DNA of 40,793 bases. It comes from Eubacteriales bacterium (GTDB taxonomy: Bacteria > Bacillota > Clostridia > Oscillospirales > CAG-272). The stretch covers positions 1-40,793 of the forward strand of contig JAZQTY010000203.1 in the NCBI GenBank assembly GCA_045631025.1, given 5' to 3'. Under the pieces are notes generated by a model, which worked only from the letters and a program-made list of their open reading frames with translations, was not told the origin of the DNA and did not search any database. Shown here one piece after another: positions 9,511 through 16,900 of this stretch. Position 1 is the first letter of the stretch. The number at the start of each line of letters is the position of its first letter. A program made the position numbers and the translations under genes.

Positions 9511-9583
9511 TTTTAAATGTGTTAAATATGTCAACCATTTGCGGCGTGTGATCTGCTGTTAGAAAAATAAAAATAACAGAAAG

Positions 9584-9616
9584 CTGCACAAGTCCGTTGT
9601 TGACGGACTTGTGCAG
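9584..9616 (+). terminator. 14-bp-stem hairpin (ctgcacaagtccgt/acggacttgtgcag), probable operon end; weak T-tract
   Basis: Perfect inverted repeat with a 5-nt loop. A related copy lies at 28731..28763 in the same orientation relative to its upstream gene. Confidence 0.4.
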
Positions 9617-9653
9617 TAATGTCGTTAGAGTCATTATAAAATAGGAGAAGTCA

Positions 9654-10931
9654 ATGAAAAAGAAAATCAGATTTTTAAGTGCGTTTTTAGTATCTATTTT
9701 GCTTGTGTCTGCGTTGATGGGATGTAACAAAACTCCAACGGAAACGGAAACACAAACACCGTCCGTAACCTCCCCTTTGACGATAAATGGCGTTGCGTTA
9801 AAGGAATATACTGTGGTCTACAACAAAAGACCTATCAGCGGAGCAGAAGATGCATTCTCGTATTTAAATAAAAAAATCGAAGAGCTTTGCGATACTACGT
9901 TGCAAGGAGACGTGATAAGCGCGGACAGATATGAGATATTGATTGGTCTTGACGGAGACAACGGGGATATTGCTCAAGCGTATGAACAAAACCCTGACGG
10001 ATTGATCGGCGCAACCGAAAAAAAGATAGTATTGCTTGGGGTGAATTATGGTGCTTTGTGTCAAGTAATCGATGCTTTTCTTGATAAAGCAACCGAAGTT
10101 AACGGAATCTTTGAGATATCGATAACAGAATGTGAATTTCCGAATGCTAATAAAGCATCTCTTAATATTATGTCTTATAACATCCTTATGGATTTGAACA
10201 AGACCGGACGTCCGTCTGATCCCCGATCAAAAATGGTCAGTACTATTCTCGCCAACGATACCGACGTATTCGGAACACAGGAGGATAATAACGACAACGG
10301 CAATGTCTTTTTCAAAAAGCTTGGAGCCTACAGTTATTATAAGGGTGCTAATGAAGAAAATAACGGCAACTATATATATTGGAAGACCGATAGGTTCAAT
10401 TTGTTGAAAAAAGGATTTTATTATCTAAGTGACACTCCTGAGATAAGATCGAAATTCTCTGATTCAAAGCATTACCGTACTATGACATACGTGATTCTTG
10501 AGGACAAGGAAACGGGAAAGCAAATTCTCTTCGTTGATACGCACTTGCAAAATAATAACACCGAGGGTAGTAACGATACGACACGTAAAAAGCAGTTGGT
10601 CGTGCTGACCTCACTTATCAAGCAAATAAATGTAAACTCCCTTCCTGTTATCATTATGGGTGACTTTAATACCTCTTCGAATGCCGTCTCCGTCCAAACA
10701 TTTAAAAGAGACAATCCCAACCTTGGAGAGACAATAGACATTGCTGTGACTAAGGGCGATATCGGAAAGACCTTTGCGGATAACTTCAAAGACAGAACTG
10801 ACACTATCGATCATATTTTTGTTTCTACAGATAGAATATACACAAAGTATTTTTCCGTGATAGACAATAAGACGAACGGAAAATATCCGTCTGACCATCT
10901 ACCCCTACTTGCTCAAATCGATATATATTAA
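9654..10931 (+). CDS. Lipoprotein with an N-terminal alpha/beta domain and a C-terminal EEP domain
   Basis: Lipobox LMGC. EEP motifs MSYNIL, GTQED, DTHLQ, MGDFNT, DHIFV, YPSDHLPL. Paralog of 26150..27466 over its full length. Confidence 0.85.
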   Translation: MKKKIRFLSAFLVSILLVSALMGCNKTPTETETQTPSVTSPLTINGVALKEYTVVYNKRPISGAEDAFSYLNKKIEELCDTTLQGDVISADRYEILIGLDGDNGDIAQAYEQNPDGLIGATEKKIVLLGVNYGALCQVIDAFLDKATEVNGIFEISITECEFPNANKASLNIMSYNILMDLNKTGRPSDPRSKMVSTILANDTDVFGTQEDNNDNGNVFFKKLGAYSYYKGANEENNGNYIYWKTDRFNLLKKGFYYLSDTPEIRSKFSDSKHYRTMTYVILEDKETGKQILFVDTHLQNNNTEGSNDTTRKKQLVVLTSLIKQINVNSLPVIIMGDFNTSSNAVSVQTFKRDNPNLGETIDIAVTKGDIGKTFADNFKDRTDTIDHIFVSTDRIYTKYFSVIDNKTNGKYPSDHLPLLAQIDIY

Positions 10932-11005
10932 AGCAAAAGATATCGTTTGACGGTGAATTTTTCGAGCGAATAACTCATAGCATCAATAAAGTATCAAAAA
11001 ATTCA

Positions 11006-11049
11006 GGGCGACTGCAGATTCTTCGTTATCTACAGTCGCCCTTTTATTT
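11006..11049 (+). terminator. Rho-independent terminator
   Basis: gggcgactg(c)ag ... ct(a)cagtcgccc stem followed by TTTTATTTG. Confidence 0.6.
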
Positions 11050-11146
11050 GTTTACTGCGATGCAAATCTTGAGGTGTGATCTGCAATTATAAATTTGGGG
11101 AACATTCTTGATTTACAAAAATGTTCCCCAAGGGATTATTCAATCA

Positions 11147-11722
11147 TTATTTACCATCAGCTTTAAAGGTTCTATAACATTGATTTCTAAGGAAATCCTT
11201 TATTGACTCAGCATCGATATCCTCATAGTATTTTAACAATAGCTGCTTGAATTCGGGAACGATGCTTTCGGGAACGACCATAAGCCCTGCACCGTGAGCA
11301 ACGAGATAATGATTTGCAAAGATGATTGCCGTTCTCTTGTTACCGTCGTTAAATATCTGTGTTTTCATAACGTACAGAGCAAGCTCGATTGCGATATCAA
11401 GCGCAGGAGCATCCAAGACGAGAATTTTATCAATCTGCTCCTTAACATCATATTCCACGGGCAAAGGGGGAATATAGCTTGAGCCGCCAATCTTTACGGG
11501 AACACCTCTGATTCTGCCACCCTCGTGATAGAAGCCCCCGTTAACAAGGCGAGCAATATATTGGCATACGTAATAGCTTGTGGGCGATTGAACTACATCC
11601 TTATCAAGTACGAATTCCCATGCATGCTTTAAGTTCAATATTTTTTGGACGTCCTCTGCGCTTACGTTGTTAACCTTTCCGTTTTCAATAATCAGCATTT
11701 TGAGCGAAGCGAAAAATATCAT
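11147..11722 (-). CDS. Fic/Doc-family protein with a degenerate active-site motif (QIFNDGNKRTAI)
   Basis: GGRIRGVPVKIGGSSYIPP plus the Doc-like motif xIFNDGNKRTA. No convincing RBS at either candidate ATG (11722 or 11698), and an in-frame TGA lies immediately upstream. Confidence 0.6.
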   Translation of the reverse strand: MIFFASLKMLIIENGKVNNVSAEDVQKILNLKHAWEFVLDKDVVQSPTSYYVCQYIARLVNGGFYHEGGRIRGVPVKIGGSSYIPPLPVEYDVKEQIDKILVLDAPALDIAIELALYVMKTQIFNDGNKRTAIIFANHYLVAHGAGLMVVPESIVPEFKQLLLKYYEDIDAESIKDFLRNQCYRTFKADGK

Positions 11723-11765
11723 ATCGCCGTAGGTGATGCTTCATTAAAGATACAAAGCTCTCGCC

Positions 11766-11794
11766 TTGACATGTTTTCGGAACTGTGGTATAAT
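11766..11794 (+). promoter_or_regulatory. Consensus sigma-A promoter (TTGACA-N17-TATAAT, TG-extended)
   Basis: TTGACA at 11766-11771, a 17-nt spacer, TGGTATAAT ending at 11794, about 50 nt upstream of the 11844 start. Confidence 0.55.
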
Positions 11795-11843
11795 ACTTTT
11801 GTATGCTGATCGCATCTTGTAAAACCGCAAAGGAGAATGCAAA

Positions 11844-12356
11844 ATGAAAAACGAATACAAAATTACAAAGGATTTAATCAAATCTTGGGCTAAAGAATAC
11901 CACCTTCACGGAACCGCAAATATCTTTTTGTTTATTCTTTGGTGTGTTGTAGGTGTTATCGGATTCTTTGGACTGATCTTTTCTGTTGCTATGAGCTTGG
12001 ATTGGAAGATTATTTATCTCTATGCTTTGATGCTTATAATCGCTATATTTAAGCTTTTTATTCAGCGTTTTATCGTTTGGTCCAAAAGATACAAATTGTA
12101 TTCAACCACCTACGGTGTTACGGAATGGATGCGTACTACAGAATTTTCAGATGACGAAATTGTGCTTACGGATCACACATCGGTTACTAAATTCAAATAT
12201 AGCAATATTCAAAGAATAAAAGAAAAAGGCAATGTTGTTATGATATTTATGAATAACAATATGGCTTTGAGATTGTATAAGGATGCATTTGTCGAAGGCT
12301 CATGGGAAGAATGCAAAAGAATTCTTTTTGAAAAGAGTAAACAATTAAATAGTTGA
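11844..12356 (+). CDS. Small membrane protein, YcxB-like (two N-terminal TM helices + soluble C-terminal domain)
   Basis: RBS AAGGAGA, two hydrophobic helices, then a C-terminal ~90 aa with a YcxB-like look (..TKFKYSNIQRIKEKGNVVMIFMNNNMALRLYKDAF). Family call tentative. Confidence 0.55.
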   Translation: MKNEYKITKDLIKSWAKEYHLHGTANIFLFILWCVVGVIGFFGLIFSVAMSLDWKIIYLYALMLIIAIFKLFIQRFIVWSKRYKLYSTTYGVTEWMRTTEFSDDEIVLTDHTSVTKFKYSNIQRIKEKGNVVMIFMNNNMALRLYKDAFVEGSWEECKRILFEKSKQLNS

Positions 12357-12409
12357 CCTTTTCTTCAGTTTTACCTCGATTTTTGACCTTTTCACTCGTT
12401 TCAGGCAAG

Positions 12410-12444
12410 AAAAAAGCCTAACGCATAAGCGTTGGGCTTTTTTC
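12410..12444 (+). terminator. Rho-independent terminator (A-tract, gcctaacgc/gcgttgggc stem, T-tract)
   Basis: aaaaaagcctaacgcataagcgttgggctttttt, directly downstream of 11844..12356. Confidence 0.7.
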
Positions 12445-12445
12445 A

Positions 12446-12622
12446 ATGAAATAAATCCCTTTCGGGATTTGTGAAATGCACTTCGTGCGTGAAATTCGCC
12501 TTGCGGCGAGTGAAATGCCCGCGGGCATAAGGGGATTTATTTCATTTCACGTCGAGCGAAGGGAGATATTTCACGATTTCCAAAGGAAATTATTTCACAT
12601 TTTGCGTAGCAAAATATTTCAC
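12446..12622. repeat. Opposed heptamer arrays: (A/G)TGAAAT x4, then ATTTCA(T/C) x5, each next to a small variable hairpin
   Basis: Forward copies start at 12446, 12471, 12489 and 12510. Inverted copies start at 12539, 12544, 12568, 12592 and 12616 (the last four at exact 24-nt phasing). The block lies between two terminators. Confidence 0.75.
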
Positions 12623-12680
12623 TTTCCAATATTTCCGTCTGTTCCAACCTTTCCGTTTGGTACAGCATCAAAAAAGCATC

Positions 12681-12717
12681 AAGGCTACCGCAGTTTTTTA
12701 TCTGCGGTAGCCTTTTT
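12681..12717. terminator. Bidirectional terminator hairpin (aaggctaccgcag/ctgcggtagcctt)
   Basis: 13-bp perfect stem, T-rich on both sides. Lies just downstream of the minus-strand gene ending at 12737. Confidence 0.65.
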
Positions 12718-12736
12718 AATTAGCACAAATTATCAA

Positions 12737-13717
12737 TCAGTCTTTTTTTCTTTTAATTACGAGAGCAGCGCCCGATACGAGAGATATCATAGCAATGCCT
12801 GCGATACCTATGCTTCCGCCGCATCCGCCTTTAGCTGCCTCGGTCTCGGGAGCAGGAGCAGCCTCGGTATTAGCTTCTGTATTTGCATCTGCCTCGGGAG
12901 TCGTGCCGGTATTGTTATCGCCGTTAGCGTTGTTTTCGTTGTTGTTTACATCGTTATTTCCATTGTTCTCGTTTTCTTCGTCTTCTTCATCGACGATAGC
13001 AGTTCCCGTCAGCACTACCTCTGAAATGATTCCTTCGTCGGCACCGGATACGAGCTCGGAAACAGCAACAACGATATACTCGGCAGTTACGCCCTTCATA
13101 TCGATCTCGTGAACGTGTCCACTCTTACCGTTGTATTCACCCTCAACGTAAAATCCGTTAACCGGATACTCGGTATAAACGTTAGAAAACGTCGCGTCCT
13201 CTACGGCAGAGAATGCGCCTCCGTCTTCAGAATAGTATATATCGTAGCCATTGTTAGCCATGTAAGGACGGTCTGCGTTCGAAGTAGAAGCTTGCGCATA
13301 CGATGTCCAAAGGCTCAACGTATCTACTACTGCAGCTTCATTCAGTTCGATTATAAACATTGCGTAATACGACTTGCCATTTGCATCGGGATTCGTTCCG
13401 TTCTCCATATTTCCTTCTGCATCAAAATAGCACATTTCGTAAGGCAAGTTACCAACTTCATCATTATTCAAGATCTGTGCATCAGTCGTTATATCTCCGT
13501 CAAAAGCACAGTCTGCGGGGTACGAGGCATAAAAGTTTAAGCCTATCGGCGCATCTTCTTTAATATGTCTGCCAAACAAGTCAACATACAATATTTCAAG
13601 CTGTGTGGGAGTAGCTTCTTCCGCGCCTACCGTCATAAGAGCGAATGGGGTTGCGAGTGCGAGCATCAGCGTTGCAATAATCAGCGCCATAGCTTTTTTC
13701 AAGGTTTGTTTTTTCAT
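12737..13717 (-). CDS. Secreted protein: signal peptide, one discoidin/CBM32-like module (type B), acidic linker, C-terminal KGGCGGS-TM-KRKKD tail
   Basis: The module aligns with the four modules of 13953..17975 (AFDGDITTDAQ, DTLSLWTSY, RPYMANNGYDIYYSEDG, GKSGHVHEIDM, YIVVAVSEL). The tail has the same pattern as 30212..31999. Confidence 0.8.
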   Translation of the reverse strand: MKKQTLKKAMALIIATLMLALATPFALMTVGAEEATPTQLEILYVDLFGRHIKEDAPIGLNFYASYPADCAFDGDITTDAQILNNDEVGNLPYEMCYFDAEGNMENGTNPDANGKSYYAMFIIELNEAAVVDTLSLWTSYAQASTSNADRPYMANNGYDIYYSEDGGAFSAVEDATFSNVYTEYPVNGFYVEGEYNGKSGHVHEIDMKGVTAEYIVVAVSELVSGADEGIISEVVLTGTAIVDEEDEENENNGNNDVNNNENNANGDNNTGTTPEADANTEANTEAAPAPETEAAKGGCGGSIGIAGIAMISLVSGAALVIKRKKD

Positions 13718-13809
13718 TTTGGTTTTCTCCTTTTAAAAAAAATTTTATTTTCCAGATAACGCGCTATCCGCGCTATCTAAATTACAAGATTAAGTTATGT
13801 TTACTGTGT

Positions 13810-13938
13810 TTAAAACGGATCTTCTGCCCAGTTATCCATTCCGTCGCTTCCGAATATAACGGAAAATACCATAATATCTTTAGTGTCAACGGTTACGATA
13901 CTAATAGAAGGAACCGTATATTTCTTATTCTTTCTCAT
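13810..13938 (-). CDS. Conserved micro-ORF (42 aa) coupled to the giant EEP gene: MRKNKKYTVPSISIVTVDTKDIMVFSVIFGSDGMDNWAEDPF
   Basis: AAGGAGGAA RBS; starts 14 nt after the giant gene stop. 28/42 residues identical to the micro-ORF at 32045..32173. The last 8 codons differ only at synonymous sites. Confidence 0.65.
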   Translation of the reverse strand: MRKNKKYTVPSISIVTVDTKDIMVFSVIFGSDGMDNWAEDPF

Positions 13939-13952
13939 AAATCAATTCCTCC

Positions 13953-16900
13953 TTATTTCGCGATAAACTTGGCGTAAACAGGCAAGTGGTCCGAAGGATA
14001 GAGCGTAGGAGCATCCTCGTCGTAGTTGTCTACTACAACGTATTCAATAGCGTTCAAGCTGTCGCCGTTATAGAATATGTGGTCGTATACGTGCGACTGA
14101 CGAGTGGAGTATCCATCTTCTATCAGCGTTCCGCCGACGTTTACTGCGATAGCAGCATCTTCCGCTGCCTGGTCAAGTGCGCCCGTGCCGGTAAGAAGTC
14201 CCTTGGTGGAGTGTGCATTCTGGTCAGAGTTAAGGTCACCCATAACGATCTGATTTGCGCACGTTTCACTCATATCAAGGAGCCAAAGTCTTATAAGCGT
14301 CGCCTGAGCTCTGCGCAAGTACTTGTTGCAGTCAGCGTTAGTCGCTTCGTCGTCGGTGAGCCACGCCTTGTAGTGCAAGTGAGTGTTAACAACGAGGAAC
14401 CTCTCTCCCGTGGTCTTATCCTCAACGAGAACCCATCTGAAGAATCTTCCTTTTGCGTTGTCGCCCTTTGTGTCGTTATCCCAGTCCACTCTGGAGTCAG
14501 AAACGTCGCTGTTGCTTGAATATTTTGAATTCTTCGCAAGCTCCTTGAAATACTCAACGCCGTCATCGATAACGTTAAACTTTGCGGTATTAACAAGGAT
14601 CTCGTTTCCTTCATTGCCGTTTGCGTTAGAGTTGAAACGGGTGTATGCGGAAAGACCGGAAACCTTACTGTACTCACCGTAAAGGTTACTGTCGTCCTCT
14701 TGGAGGCCCACAACGTCAGGCATCATCTCGATAATCGTTTCAAGAGCGTATACGGGATCTCTTCCGTCCCAGCCCGTCTCATTACCGGTTATTTTATCCC
14801 AGAAGTCACCTTCACCGTATGCCTTAATGTTATAAGTCATAACTGTAATAGAAGAAGCCTTGACGCTAAAAGTCTCAAGCATTGCTCTCTGATTCTCGTC
14901 GTAAGGACTGTACTTCGTTTCACCGTGAACGGTTACTGCGTTCTTGTAAGTCGAGTCTGCCTTATCTCTTACGTCGGCCAACGCAACGGATGCAACGTAA
15001 GATACGCTTCTTGAGTTGCTTGACTTACCGTATCCGGAATAGATATATTCAGTCTCGTCGCCACTTGTAACCTTGATATAAAGTCTTGCGGAGAACTCTC
15101 TTTGTACGTTATCCGTCTTAATATTTACCAAAGCGCAGTTTATTCTGTAACTGTCGTTACCGTCAGCCAAAATCGTGTCCGCGTCGATCTCGATATACTT
15201 CGTTTTTGCGAAGCTCCAATTATCGAACGCTTCCTTGGTAAATTCGTCAACATTTTCAAGATACTCGGTGGGAGTGATGAGCATTCCCAGCTTTACGTTG
15301 TCCTCGCCGTAGTCCTTAACGAGTCTGTCGTAGTAGCTGCGGGCTACTGTACCCGTAAAGCGAATTCCCGTGGGATCGTCCATACGAACCGATGCACCGT
15401 CAACAAGCGTTTTCTTGAGTGCGCCGCCGTTTACCGTAACCTCGGAAATGATCGCCTCGTGCGCGTTGTATACAATATCAGAAACTGCGATTGCTATATA
15501 TCTTGCCTCAACGCCACCCATATCGATATTATGAACGTGGCCGTCCTTGCCGTTGTAGGTACCTTCCACGTAAAGAGCATCAGCAGTGCTCTGTTTAGGA
15601 TAAACGTCCTCGAAGGAAGCCCCACTTACTGCATTATAAGACTTTCCATCTGTAGAATAATAGATATCGTATCCGTTGTTAGCCATGTAAGGACGGTTCG
15701 CAGGATCAGAGTCATTCACATACTGTGTCCAAAGGCTGAGCGTGTCTACTTGAGCATAATCCTCAAGCCTAATTACAAATATCAAGTAATAAGACTTGCC
15801 GTCTGCGTCGGGATTTTCACCGTTAGCCATAACTCCGTCCGCATCAAAGTAGCACATTTCGTAGTCCTTAATGGTTTCTCCATTTCTATTGTGATTCGCA
15901 TTCTGTGCATCAGTTGTAATATCTCCGTCAAACGCATTCGATATTGGGTAATCATTGTAGAAAGAGAAATTTTGCGTTGCTCCGGTTTCGGGTACAAGGT
16001 GTCTACCAAATGCATCCACTTTATCTATCTCAATAGCAGTCGGCGTTCCGTGCACGGCGAACTCGAAGAAGATCATATAGTTGTTTGCATCGCCATACAC
16101 TGCTTCGGAAACTGCAATAACAACGTACTTCGCCTTCACGTCTCTCATATCTATGTCGTGAACGTGACCCTTATCAGAGCCGTACATGCTCTCAACGTAA
16201 TAGCCGTTGTTATCCTTGTCGCTATAAACGTTGTTGAATTCTGCGTCCTTAACGGCGTAGTAGTTCACACCGTCCGCGGAGTAGTATATATCGTAAGCAT
16301 TGTTTGACATGTACTCGCCGTCATACGTTCCGTCGTCAAGCACGTGGTCGTAGTAGGAGGTCCAGAGGCTCAACGAAGATACCTCGGTCTCCTCATAAAG
16401 CTCAACCTCGAACAAGCAGTAATATGACTTTCCTGCCGCATCGGCATTATTTGTGCCGCTCATAAGCTCTACAAAGGATTTGTGAGCGAGATTTGCGTCA
16501 GGCTTTGTTTGAGCTTCCGTCATAATATTTCCGTCAAAAGCTCTTTCAGTATTGTAGCTGCCCAAAAAGCCCACTCCGTTTCCGTAAGGCTTAAAGGTCT
16601 TTATATCTCCCTTGGGGGCATCAGTATACTCGCCCTCTACGACTATCTCGGAAAAGATTATATCGGTCGCGTTGTATACAAGATCAGAAACGGCAATTGC
16701 AATATATCCTGCAGTTACGCCACCCATATCGATATTGTGAACGTGACCGCTCTTACCGTTGTAGGTGCCCTCTACGTAAAGAGCATCATCAGTGCTCTGC
16801 TTCTTATAAACGTCCGTAAAGGATGCGCCGTCTACTGCTGTATAAGACGCGCCGTCAACGGAATAATAGATGTCGTATCCGTTATTAGCCATGTAAGGAC

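Noticed and set aside
9545-9556. An 11-12-nt match gtgtgatctgc shared with 11074..11085, a possible operator.
   Set aside because: Exact 11-mer pairs are expected many times by chance in 40 kb on two strands, and there is no dyad symmetry or positional logic.
12446-12622. The periodic repeats could be a CRISPR array.
   Set aside because: The repeat word is only 7 nt, the units are 18-25 nt, the orientation flips mid-array, and there are no cas genes. It is not CRISPR-like, so I report it as an unexplained repeat block instead.
12476-13024. A 182-aa plus-strand ORF running from the heptamer-repeat region into the antisense strand of 12737..13717.
   Set aside because: The first part merely translates the 24-nt-periodic repeats (…IFHDFQRKLFHILRSKIFHF…). 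The rest is antisense shadow of a well-supported gene. It crosses a strong terminator hairpin and has no RBS.
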